DNA from: Candidatus Poribacteria bacterium
GTDB lineage: Bacteria > Poribacteria > WGA-4E > WGA-3G
Reading direction: 5' to 3'
Assembly (NCBI GenBank): GCA_965221425.1
Contig: OZ244889.1
Location: forward strand, 251,012-315,011
Length of the DNA: 64,000 nucleotides
The number at the start of each line of letters is the position of its first letter. The first letter of the stretch is position 1. A program made the position numbers and the translations under genes. Positions 31,066 to 40,154 of the stretch are shown here, piece by piece. The notes under the pieces are model-generated. The model ran no database searches. It saw nothing but the letters and a program-made list of their open reading frames with translations, and was not told where the DNA came from.

Positions 31066-31743
31066 TTACTTATTATTGTTGAGTGTTGTTAAAGATAACC
31101 TTTGATCTGGGTTATGATACAACCATATTTCCATGTTTTTCTTAACTGCAGTCCACTCACTGTCCAACATTGAATACCATGCAGTATCTCTGTTTCGACC
31201 CTTTATAATCATGTGCTGTCTGAAAATGCCTTCAAACTTGAAACCGAGCCGCAATGCCGCTGACCGAGAACGTTCATTTAGGGAATCGCATTTCCATTCA
31301 ACTTTGCGATATTTAAGTTTATCAAAAGCCTCACAGAGCATTAGATATATTGCCTCTGTATTTACGTTTGATCTTTGAGAATGTAGCGAATACCAAATAT
31401 GTCCGAGTTCCAATCGATGCATATCTGAAACGATATTCAGAAAACTTACCATTCCTACTCGTTGCTTCGATTTAAGATGATGAACTGCAAAGAAAATTGG
31501 ATTATCTGACTCCGCACAATCCTCAAGCCATTTTTGCATACTATATTTGTTTTTAAAGGGACCATAACTCATATAGGTCCAAAGCTGCTCCTTCATCTCT
31601 GATCCGTGGGAGCATTCATAAAGTTCCACAACATCGGTTTGTGGGTTGACTGGCGATAATGTAATGAATTTACCTGTGTAGTCTGTTTTTTGAGGCACAC
31701 CAACATGAACAATATTTCCAGCTTGGAGAGACGATTGTGTCAT
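31066..31743 (-). CDS. GNAT acetyltransferase, RimJ/RimL-like
   Basis: ELGHIW, YRKVEWKCDSLNERS, RLGFKFEG, RNRDTAWYS. Confidence 0.9.
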   Translation of the reverse strand: MTQSSLQAGNIVHVGVPQKTDYTGKFITLSPVNPQTDVVELYECSHGSEMKEQLWTYMSYGPFKNKYSMQKWLEDCAESDNPIFFAVHHLKSKQRVGMVSFLNIVSDMHRLELGHIWYSLHSQRSNVNTEAIYLMLCEAFDKLKYRKVEWKCDSLNERSRSAALRLGFKFEGIFRQHMIIKGRNRDTAWYSMLDSEWTAVKKNMEIWLYHNPDQRLSLTTLNNNK

Positions 31744-31800
31744 AGCAATCCTTTTTATGTTAGTTTTTTTACGAGCGGTGTTTTATATTTTTGTTAGTAC

Positions 31801-32667
31801 TCAGGGGGCAGGTCGTCTCGCTGTTTCATTGAAGTAAGTTGCATTCGGATCGTCAATCCAATCGCCAACCCATCCGAGTTCCTTTAGTCCACTTTGAACA
31901 ATCGGCAATGTCCCGCGTAATTCCTTCACTGGTGCCCAATCACGCCAGTTCCGGTCAGCTGGTGGGTCGAGAAAGTCTCCAATGCCACCCACCGCCCGTT
32001 GAATTGATGGATATATCATTGCGCCCAGTTGTGTCTGTTTAGCTGCTTCAACCACCCATTTTTCGTAGGGAAACGGGTATCTCTCAGCGACGCAGCACAC
32101 TTTGCAGAGGTACTCAATGACATTTCCAACCGCAACAAATGCCGTTTCCACCTTATTTCGAGCTGCCATAGCCAAGGGACCGCGCTGCGAGAAATAATAC
32201 TTACCGAACATCCACTTTAACTTGCGCTCCGCGACCGCTGGCGGATACACGCAATAATGACGCTTCAACTCTTCAGCAGTATTTGAACAACCATAGAGAA
32301 CTTTTGAGCTGGCAATGACCCACATCATTTCATCTGGCCACGTCTCCAACCACGTCCGCAGGTCACTTTCATCATAAAACGACCAGTGTGCTTCAAAATC
32401 ACCCCGATCAACGAAGAGTTGCATACTTTGCTCATAAGTCTCCCGATCTTCATCGGAGAGGCACCGTTTATCGCCAATGATACACAGGTCAAGGTCAGAC
32501 CATTCATCGGTGAAACCAGCAGCACGACTCCCAATCAGCATGAGGACAGCACGTTTACCCATGCGTTGGCAAAAACCTACAGCTCGATCAACAAACTGTT
32601 GATCTTCTGAACTGAAACAGATGTCTTCGTTTATTCGGGCACCTCTCGGATCGGAAATATTTTTCAT
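31801..32667 (-). CDS. Nucleotidyltransferase-fold protein (DUF4037-like)
   Basis: IGSRAAGFTDEWSDLD Pol-beta motif, PYEKW motif. Confidence 0.7.
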   Translation of the reverse strand: MKNISDPRGARINEDICFSSEDQQFVDRAVGFCQRMGKRAVLMLIGSRAAGFTDEWSDLDLCIIGDKRCLSDEDRETYEQSMQLFVDRGDFEAHWSFYDESDLRTWLETWPDEMMWVIASSKVLYGCSNTAEELKRHYCVYPPAVAERKLKWMFGKYYFSQRGPLAMAARNKVETAFVAVGNVIEYLCKVCCVAERYPFPYEKWVVEAAKQTQLGAMIYPSIQRAVGGIGDFLDPPADRNWRDWAPVKELRGTLPIVQSGLKELGWVGDWIDDPNATYFNETARRPAP

Positions 32668-32668
32668 T

Positions 32669-33859
32669 TTAATTTTGCGGTAGAGTTGCCAAAGCTGCCT
32701 CAATCTTGCTGATCGCTTTTTTCTCGGCATCCAAAGCTGCTTTGACGGCCTTCACTGCTTCTTGCCTCGTGGATTTCGTAAAACTTTTGTTTTCTCTGCA
32801 GATGTTTATCAGTTTCACGATGGCTTTAATTTCTTGATCATAAAATCCTGCCGCATCGGATAGGGCTTGACTTGATAGTTTTGGAAAGTGATCGACGATT
32901 TCACGGAGATATGCTGCAGCATTCTCTCGCATTTCCCACAATATCCAAGCTGAATGCTCTATAAACCCGATATCTACATCGCCATTCTCCAATGCCTGCT
33001 GCCAAAGTTGATATGCGGAAAATCCGATGGCATCAATTTTGTAAGGTGCATCTTCCAAATCAAATCGAGTACCGTGTGCAAAAGCGACAGCGTTTTTGAG
33101 TGATTTAACCTCTAATGCCATCCGATCATAAGGCTTCTTTTTTCCAAGCACTATAACACAATACCAACCAACAGGATCTGTATATCCGAACTGATCGTAA
33201 GGAACGGTATACTCAGTCTTGTAGTGCTGATGGCGAACGGTGTATGTTTGCTGGGTTTCATCGTAGCCAACGAGTGATGCCCATCCATAAGCACTCACAC
33301 CATTATCCCGTTGCGCAACTGTCATTGGTTGCCACGCAATCGCTGGTATGCCTCGGTCAATACTTGCCTTGACTTTTTCCCATGTCTGATCTTTGATATT
33401 TTGAAGTTCTTTCGGAGTTGGGGCGGACTGTTTCCCCTTGAGTATGACTTGAAATTCCTGAAATTCATAACCGATGTTTGCAATCATTTCCCAGAGCAGC
33501 CACCAATCAATGTTGGCTTGTTGCCAGACCACACCGTCACCTATCTTCATACTGAAACTGAAGGCGTGTCCGAATGTACCAGTCAGACGTGGGATTGACC
33601 ACTCCTCTCCAGCAGCTTTAAGCATCGGATGTAATGTCCCGATAAAAGTGCTATCGCCTTCTACCGGTTTAACTCCTTTAAGGACCTTTTTTGGGAACAC
33701 TTTTTCTTTATGAAAAGAACCGTTGCGTTGTGCCTTAGCGGGATCCGCTGATCCAAGAGTGAGCAACACAGTGAGACTCAATAAGATAAAGAAAACTCTT
33801 CTTAAAACTGAAAGCCTAAAATCCATTTCTGCTGGGCGGGACAGGAATTTGATCTGCAT
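32669..33859 (-). CDS. Secreted hypothetical protein (BtrH/papain-like fold possible)
   Basis: N-terminal hydrophobic signal; SIDRGIPAI and LVGYD motifs. Confidence 0.6.
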   Translation of the reverse strand: MQIKFLSRPAEMDFRLSVLRRVFFILLSLTVLLTLGSADPAKAQRNGSFHKEKVFPKKVLKGVKPVEGDSTFIGTLHPMLKAAGEEWSIPRLTGTFGHAFSFSMKIGDGVVWQQANIDWWLLWEMIANIGYEFQEFQVILKGKQSAPTPKELQNIKDQTWEKVKASIDRGIPAIAWQPMTVAQRDNGVSAYGWASLVGYDETQQTYTVRHQHYKTEYTVPYDQFGYTDPVGWYCVIVLGKKKPYDRMALEVKSLKNAVAFAHGTRFDLEDAPYKIDAIGFSAYQLWQQALENGDVDIGFIEHSAWILWEMRENAAAYLREIVDHFPKLSSQALSDAAGFYDQEIKAIVKLINICRENKSFTKSTRQEAVKAVKAALDAEKKAISKIEAALATLPQN

Positions 33860-33916
33860 AATCTGTTTAACAATAGACTATTAATTCTTAGCTTGGATGA
33901 AAAACCAATTGAGTTT

Positions 33917-34642
33917 CTACTTGAATATGTGACGCCAGTGGTGGAATAATCCGTAATCAGTGGCGGATGCTAACAGATCAGGCGCAATAACCTGTTTAAG
34001 ATTATCTGGAATAAACATACTTGTGTTTTTGCGGTTCTCATGAAAAATGCGACTTTGCGCTGCACGAATCGCATTATGTTGTTCCTGAACGGATAACTGA
34101 GACTCAACAAATCCTTCAATCCATAATCCACGATAGGTTAATGCGTTGACAGGTATAAAACGGACATCCTCCACTACGTTTGTAGCGGATTCACAAGTCA
34201 AAGGATCCCACAGGAGAAGGCTAAGCACTTGAGTATCGGTTGTAAAACCAACCTTGGAAAATGCCCGCTGGCTTGCATGGTTATTGACACGGATTGATGC
34301 CTTCGCCCAACGTACTCCGAGATGAGAACCATAAATTAACGCCTCCTCAATCAGAGAGGTACCTATACCCTTTCCGCGACTGGTGGCACGAACAATGATA
34401 GTATCTATTTCCCATCGCGGTATCGGTTTAGATACCAAAAAAGCAGCAAGGAAACCTGCCACTTTGCCAGCCTCAACTGCAACAAAGACCTGATGATCAG
34501 GTGATGAGATATGATCCGTGAACACATCAAAGAGAAGCGAATCTCCCCACACTTCCTGTAATATTAGGTGAATTGCTTCCGCGTCATCTGGACACGCAAA
34601 TCTGACATCTGACATACCTTTTCTTTTGCTTAATGTTTCCAT
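33917..34642 (-). CDS. GNAT N-acetyltransferase
   Basis: SRGKGIGTSL, NHASQRAFSKVGF. Confidence 0.85.
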   Translation of the reverse strand: METLSKRKGMSDVRFACPDDAEAIHLILQEVWGDSLLFDVFTDHISSPDHQVFVAVEAGKVAGFLAAFLVSKPIPRWEIDTIIVRATSRGKGIGTSLIEEALIYGSHLGVRWAKASIRVNNHASQRAFSKVGFTTDTQVLSLLLWDPLTCESATNVVEDVRFIPVNALTYRGLWIEGFVESQLSVQEQHNAIRAAQSRIFHENRKNTSMFIPDNLKQVIAPDLLASATDYGLFHHWRHIFK

Positions 34643-34668
34643 AGTTAGAATTAGACAGCATCCGTTTG

Positions 34669-35382
34669 TTAGGTACAGTGAAGCTTCCTAAGTTCAGGGT
34701 TTAAACGAAATCCTTTCTCACGTTTTTGAGCCATGTCTTCCCAAGTAGCATCACATTCAATAAAGTGTCTCAAAACTTCCTTCGCACTACGTACAACCGG
34801 TGATCCGTGACCGAAACACATAAGATCAAACTCAAAATGTAGCAGCATTCTAAGGGAAAACCGTGCTTTGTTGATATCCACCAGATATTCAGGCGCATTT
34901 ATTCCAACCTTTCCATCTGGAATACCCTTGTCTTTTCTACCGCCACTGAGCAGATCACCAAAGATGAATGCACCTCCGTGAGCTCTTAAGTAGAAACTAA
35001 CCTCCTCACCATGACGGACATCTGGAACACGCACGACCTCAACAAGATCCCAAAGCACATCTCTGTCAGCGAATGTCCTATCAAAGGCAAATTCAGCTTC
35101 TTGCACCTGATTTTCATGGAGCAAGACCTCGCATCCCCATTTATGTTTGAATTCAGTCAAGCATCTTTCATGATAGGTACAAGTCAGCATTAAATGTGTT
35201 GGACCTCCAAGTTTATTAAGCCATTGAATCTCACTTTCTGAGAGTGGAAGCGGATCTATCAACGCTCGGATACTCTTACTCTCATCATGCACAAAAAAAC
35301 TATTCCAATTATATGCTTGATTCCGCGATGCACCGTGAATTTCTGCCCAAGTAAACAGATTGGCAGCCAGTTTAGTCAACAT
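34669..35382 (-). CDS. Metallo-beta-lactamase-fold protein
   Basis: LIDP, LTCTYHER, FGDL, CFGHG; ATG overlaps end of upstream LamG frame. Confidence 0.7.
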   Translation of the reverse strand: MLTKLAANLFTWAEIHGASRNQAYNWNSFFVHDESKSIRALIDPLPLSESEIQWLNKLGGPTHLMLTCTYHERCLTEFKHKWGCEVLLHENQVQEAEFAFDRTFADRDVLWDLVEVVRVPDVRHGEEVSFYLRAHGGAFIFGDLLSGGRKDKGIPDGKVGINAPEYLVDINKARFSLRMLLHFEFDLMCFGHGSPVVRSAKEVLRHFIECDATWEDMAQKREKGFRLNPELRKLHCT

Positions 35383-36142
35383 CCCTATCACCTTTGAGCA
35401 GCCCCCAAGTTGTTGCAGCTTTATCTAACGGTGATACGCTCAAAACCTGATTCATATCTTGCTGAATCTCAGCTTCAGTCAGTACACGGTTATAGATGAC
35501 AAATTCATCAAGCATTCCCTTATAGGGCCACGCACCGTCTAACCGATTGCCGAACCAATGCTCTTTTTGAGAAGTCGGAATTTCGCCTTCCAGTTTATGG
35601 GTTTGATCAAGTTTGCCATTAATATAAAACCGAAGTTCTTTATTAAACTCATAAACCGCTGCAACATGCGACCATTTATTGAGCGGAATACTGCTTTTTG
35701 CACTGTTCCATGTTCGTCCACCGGCGCCACCGCTTCCAATCTATACTGAAGGTTTACCTTGATGGATACTCAGATAATAGGTGTGGGGATCCGCTTGTCC
35801 GCGCACATTGCGATAATCACCGATACTTTGTGGATATACCCATACTTCCATCGTTAAACTCTTGGTAATCGCCAGACTATTTGACGCTTTGACCGCAACG
35901 ACTCCCTGCTGAACTTGTTCATTAAAAAACACCGCGGATTTAATCTTTCCATTTTGCATCCACTTGACATCACCTTCAAGCGTGCCATCATTTCCCTTGC
36001 CGCTTAGGTCTTCAACATCTTTGTCTTTCCCCTCATCGAACGAGAGATAAAGCACCATTGCGTTATCCTTAATCGCACTACTTACAAGAGGTAATGTAAA
36101 AATGAATGTTACACTCAGCAGATAGAAAGCTATTCTTATCAT
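35372..36142 (-). pseudogene. LamG domain protein interrupted by one in-frame TAG (35741-35743)
   Basis: Frame continues ...GKPSV*IGSGGAGGRTWNSAKSSIPLNKWSHVAAVY...YKGMLDEFVIYNRVLTEAEIQQDMNQVLSVSPLDKAATTWGLLKGDRDVD*. Confidence 0.85.
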
Positions 36143-36209
36143 TTCTAAACTCCGTTTCAAAATACTTAAACAGATGTCTTATAAACAGCGTATTCACAAT
36201 AAAAATTGA

Positions 36210-36530
36210 CTACTTCCAATCGTCGTCTGGTGGGTAAATGTTGTAACTTCCACCCCCAGCGCCTTTAAAATCGTTTTCAGCGAACCAATCTTTGACGGTA
36301 TCCCGCCACTTAATGAAGTGCGGGGTTTGTAGATGAGCTTTGAATGCATCTTCGTCTACATAAACCTCATAAAGCCAAATCCGATTTGGATCATTACCGT
36401 CCTGAATTACATCAAATCTCAGACAACCGGGTTCATCACGAACAGAACCTCTTGCATCGTCTAACATTGCTTCTATGAATTCTTCTCTGTGACCTTCCTT
36501 AATCTGAATCGGTGCAATAATTACATACAT
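36210..36530 (-). CDS. Antibiotic biosynthesis monooxygenase (ABM)/LsrG-like protein
   Basis: EPGCLRFDV, LYEVY, AHLQTPHF; AAGGA RBS; longer ORF start lies in a repeat. Confidence 0.88.
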   Translation of the reverse strand: MYVIIAPIQIKEGHREEFIEAMLDDARGSVRDEPGCLRFDVIQDGNDPNRIWLYEVYVDEDAFKAHLQTPHFIKWRDTVKDWFAENDFKGAGGGSYNIYPPDDDWK

Positions 36531-36565
36531 AATCTTTTCCTTTTTCATACACATTAGATGTAATA

Positions 36566-36672
36566 TAGTAAAACCTATAATTAATGGGACACTTCTGTAG
36601 TACAACACCCTCGGTAGGTTCGGTTTCCTAACCGAACCGAACATAATGTCCAATTAATTCTAAAGTCTACTA
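36566..36672. mobile_element. Minimal family A element
   Basis: TAGTAAAACCTATAATTAATGGGACA / TGTCCAATTAATTCTAAAGTCTACTA, TA on both flanks, internal GGTAGGTTCGGTTTCCTAACCGAACC. Confidence 0.75.
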
Positions 36673-36759
36673 TATAAGCGAGACAATTTCCTTCTGGGCC
36701 CCAAATTTAGTTTTATTATGCCATAATTTGAAGTAGTTGTCAATTGCATCATTCGGAGG

Positions 36760-36976
36760 GGGTATGTAAAGTTGGTCAGTTGTCTGAATCTCGGATTATG
36801 ACTATGATGCTGACAGATTTTTCTGCCAGCAAAAGGGCATCGTTTGTCTATAGGACATCGGAACGCTGATTCGAGTAAAACACTTCATCGGACAGTGTGT
36901 TAAAATCCGTGCAATCGGTGAAATCCGCGATAATCCGCGATTCTGACAAAAAAGGTGACAAAAACTTTACACACCC
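36760..36976. repeat. Nested inverted-repeat element with 9-bp AATCCGCGA-like repeats
   Basis: GGGTATGTAAAGTT/AACTTTACACACCC outer IR; TTGTCTGAATCTCGGATTAT/ATAATCCGCGATTCTGACAA inner IR. Confidence 0.6.
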
Positions 36977-37003
36977 TTTACACGACCACCATCAATTCAG
37001 ATA

Positions 37004-38821
37004 CTAAATACGGAAAATTTCGCCTAACTTTCCACCGAGAACACGCCCCACACCGAGTAAACATGCAATTAAAATTAACATCCCGACAACGCCAAGTGCG
37101 CTTGCGATATATGGACCTTGTCCAACACGTTGGGAAAGCGAATAAATCGCTTTTGTAATGGGGTAGTGTTGATTTTGCGTCGCTAAGATCAGGCTTTCAC
37201 TTACCTCAAGCATAGAGAAGGAGAAAACCAAAATCGCACCTGCAAGGATATTCGCAAATACCAAAGGTAACGTGATTTTATAGAGGGTTCGAACTGGCGT
37301 TGCTCCCATGTTCTGTGAAGCTTCTTCATAGGATATACTGGTCTGTTGGAAACCGGCATATATTGAACGTAACATATACGGTAAACGCCGTACAGCGTAA
37401 CCAACAATTAGCAGAAAAGTCGGGTTTTTTCTCGGATCAATAACAGCAATAAGTCCGTCTGGCAGATTCCGTAGGAGAGATGAAGTGCCTGAGAAACTCC
37501 CCATATATCCAAACGCAATTGCAACTCCAGGGAGTGCCAAGGATAACATAGCAAGCGCATCTAACAAATTATGGAACGGAATGCGTTTACGGGTGAGAAG
37601 ATATGCAATTGCAACGCCAACAATCAGTGCGATTAACGTGCTGAAGATGCTGTATTTCAGACTGTTGAAAATGCTCGGCAATGTATCGGAATGCGTGAAC
37701 GTCTCAACATAGTGAGCAAAAGTGAACGATTTCGGTAGCACTGTCAAGTTCCATTGACTCGCATCCGGTGTTAAGGACACCAAAATGACGCTGATGTGTG
37801 GTAGTAATGCCATAAATGTCAATCCACCGATAAACAGATAGATGATGCATCGCATGCCCCACTTTGCGTCCACTTCACGTGAAGTCACGTGTCCACGTCC
37901 AAGCATTTCATAGTGCTTGCTGCCGGTCCACCGTTTAGAGGCGTAAAAAGCGAGTGCCGTTAGGACAATAATTAATACGACCAGCGCATAACCCATCGGA
38001 TTTACGTTCAACTCATTTACTTGCCTAAAAATCCTGACTGCAATTACTTCGTTATAATTAAAAATCAGTGGTGTGCCAAGATCAGTGAATGCCCAGATAA
38101 AGACGAGGATTGCACCAGCGAAATAACCGGGCATCATTAAAGGTAATGTGATTCGCCTGAATATCTGAAACCGTGATGCCCCAAGGTTTTCTGCGGCTTC
38201 CTCCAAGCTCGGATCAACATTTGACAGTGCAGCAACAATGTTTAGATACATTATTGGGTAAAGGTGCAAAGTTGACAATAGAACTACGCCCCAAAAACCC
38301 CCCGCAAACCAGTCAATAGGTTCAGTTTTAGTTATATCAATCAGATTAAGTTTGTCGAGAAGCATATTTATGCTACCGTATTGTCCGAAAAACTTTTGCA
38401 TGCCGAGAGCACCAACGAAAGGTGGCATTATCATCGGAATCAGGATGACAGATCGCAATAGATTCCGGGCTGGATACCGGTAGCGTGTCAAGAAATATGC
38501 AAGCGGAAGGCTTATAATACTTGTCATCAGTGTAACCATCACACCGATCTTGAAACTATTGATAACCAATTTCCGGATGTTCGGATCGGTTATCATCAGT
38601 TTGAAATATGTTAGGTCGAACCTGTTATTAATCCAGAATGCTTCTTTAAAGACATAGAGAAGGGGATAGATGAGGAATATGACAAAAAATAGTGTTATCA
38701 GTCCGAGGATTAGCGTGATGGATGGCGTTAAATCGTATTTTCGCCTAATTTTTTCAATTAAGGTCAGTTTTAGGTGTGGGTTATCTTTTGCCTCTTGGCG
38801 ATTGAACATCTTTTTCTCCAA
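37004..38821 (-). CDS. Fe3+/thiamine-type ABC transporter permease (FbpB-like)
   Basis: Two EAA motifs (LEEAAENLGA, YEEASQNMGA), multiple TM helices. Confidence 0.88.
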   Translation of the reverse strand: MEKKMFNRQEAKDNPHLKLTLIEKIRRKYDLTPSITLILGLITLFFVIFLIYPLLYVFKEAFWINNRFDLTYFKLMITDPNIRKLVINSFKIGVMVTLMTSIISLPLAYFLTRYRYPARNLLRSVILIPMIMPPFVGALGMQKFFGQYGSINMLLDKLNLIDITKTEPIDWFAGGFWGVVLLSTLHLYPIMYLNIVAALSNVDPSLEEAAENLGASRFQIFRRITLPLMMPGYFAGAILVFIWAFTDLGTPLIFNYNEVIAVRIFRQVNELNVNPMGYALVVLIIVLTALAFYASKRWTGSKHYEMLGRGHVTSREVDAKWGMRCIIYLFIGGLTFMALLPHISVILVSLTPDASQWNLTVLPKSFTFAHYVETFTHSDTLPSIFNSLKYSIFSTLIALIVGVAIAYLLTRKRIPFHNLLDALAMLSLALPGVAIAFGYMGSFSGTSSLLRNLPDGLIAVIDPRKNPTFLLIVGYAVRRLPYMLRSIYAGFQQTSISYEEASQNMGATPVRTLYKITLPLVFANILAGAILVFSFSMLEVSESLILATQNQHYPITKAIYSLSQRVGQGPYIASALGVVGMLILIACLLGVGRVLGGKLGEIFRI

Positions 38822-38912
38822 ACATTACAATGAGCAGTCCGTATTACAATGCTTTTAAATTATACCCTGTATTGCGTTGAATTGCATCTTTTTTTATTGT
38901 ATTGATCTAATT

Positions 38913-39372
38913 TAACCAAAGTTGCTACTTCTGTAGCACAATCTGTATGAAGTTTAAGTAAATATTTCGGTAATTGGCGAGGTTAGGAAGAAATCAAGAA
39001 ATCAACGGTATGAATCATGGCGAATGCCATACGCGCATTCGTCTTTAGTCATTCCCCGGGTATGAATCATGGCGAATACGCCAAATCAACGGTATGAATG
39101 CGCTTGGCAGCATGCGCGTGTGGCATGCTGCATGATTCCCCGTGTGGTATTCGCCATGATTCCCCGCCTTGCCAGCAGCAGGTGTATATCTCTGCTGGCG
39201 AGGTTTCCTAACCTCGCTAAATTACCCAATTTATTTTTTAATCTTCATTTAGATTGTGCATATTAGTCCGCAAACTAACAGTTTGCGCTACAAATATTGG
39301 CTAATTATCAGCATATTTTCATTTAAGACGGTGTTCCCGTGTCTAAAAACTTATAAGTAGCAACTTGGGTTA
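38913..39372. mobile_element. Family B element > REP hairpin > family D (38947-39248) > multiply nested E units (38990-39165)
   Basis: TTAACCAAAGTTGCTACTT/AAGTAGCAACTTGGGTTAA, with TAATTTA repeated at both junctions. Confidence 0.8.
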
Positions 39373-39413
39373 ATTTAGAAAGGTCAATGCCCAATGCAAC
39401 CTTCCAAATAAAA

Positions 39414-39442
39414 TTGATTTGCAGAAAATATACATTTATAGT
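39414..39442 (+). promoter_or_regulatory. Candidate sigma70 promoter for the BMC gene
   Basis: TTGATT-17 bp-TATAGT. Confidence 0.4.
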
Positions 39443-39549
39443 ATCATATAAACGTGCATATTTTATCATTAAAGGTACTGCATTCGTCTTTTGGGCAAAT
39501 AGGAGTAGTGCCTTGCATTTTATTTTTAGACTGATAAGGAGCAAATAAT

Positions 39550-39849
39550 ATGAGCAATGAAGCATTAGGAATGGTTGAAACACGTGGGTTGGTCGGTGCA
39601 ATTGAAGCTGCCGATACAATGGTCAAAGCCGCAAACGTCAAATTAATAGGAAAAGAACAGGTCGGCGGCGGTTTTGTAACCGTCATGGTCCGCGGGGATG
39701 TCGGCGCAGTACAGGCTGCTACAGATGCAGGCGCAGAAGCGGCCAAAACGGTCGGTGAATTGGTATCAGTACACGTCATTCCGCGTCCACATTCGGATGT
39801 TGAAACGATTCTTGCTGGAAAAGCTGCAGCTGCCGATTCGGATGAATAA
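39550..39849 (+). CDS. Bacterial microcompartment hexameric shell protein (EutM/PduA-like)
   Basis: [26 protein letters not shown]...[10 protein letters not shown]...HVIPRPH. Confidence 0.95.
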   Translation: MSNEALGMVETRGLVGAIEAADTMVKAANVKLIGKEQVGGGFVTVMVRGDVGAVQAATDAGAEAAKTVGELVSVHVIPRPHSDVETILAGKAAAADSDE

Positions 39850-39922
39850 ATTCGGTGTTTGTGTTGGACACGGCGCGATATGAAGATCGCGCCTACGAGA
39901 ATGGGTAAGTAACCTATACTTA

Positions 39923-40027
39923 AACCATTATATAATGTCTCTCTTTTGTAGCATAAACTTCCAGTTTGTGCCGCATTCTGCTTTATTTCTAACAACCGGT
40001 AATGAGACAAAATTAATAGAAATGGTA
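39923..40027. mobile_element. Family F element (copy without D insert)
   Basis: AACCATT...AGAAATGGTA with TTA flanks; CTCTTTTGTAGCATAAAC matches 12354-12372. Confidence 0.6.
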
Positions 40028-40154
40028 TTACGGTGTCCAATCAACACATAACCGTGGCGATGCATGGATTTCTGAACACGAATCGGTGTTTATGTTATAA
40101 ATACTGATTTACTTTAGTTTAAGTGCGTGCCTACTTGAGATATTGGAGGGTTGA

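Noticed and set aside
35741-35743. Genome-wide amber reassignment or pyrrolysine
   Set aside because: TAG is an ordinary stop for intact genes here (2280, 7535, 16389, 19891), and only one interrupted gene was seen.
38990-39266. Short ORFs with the recurring peptide NQRYEC..IPR (also 25201, 29943, 47941, 52911) as a peptide or RiPP precursor family
   Set aside because: They lie wholly within D/E repeats, occur in varying frames and orientations, and lack RBSs; they are translations of repeat DNA.
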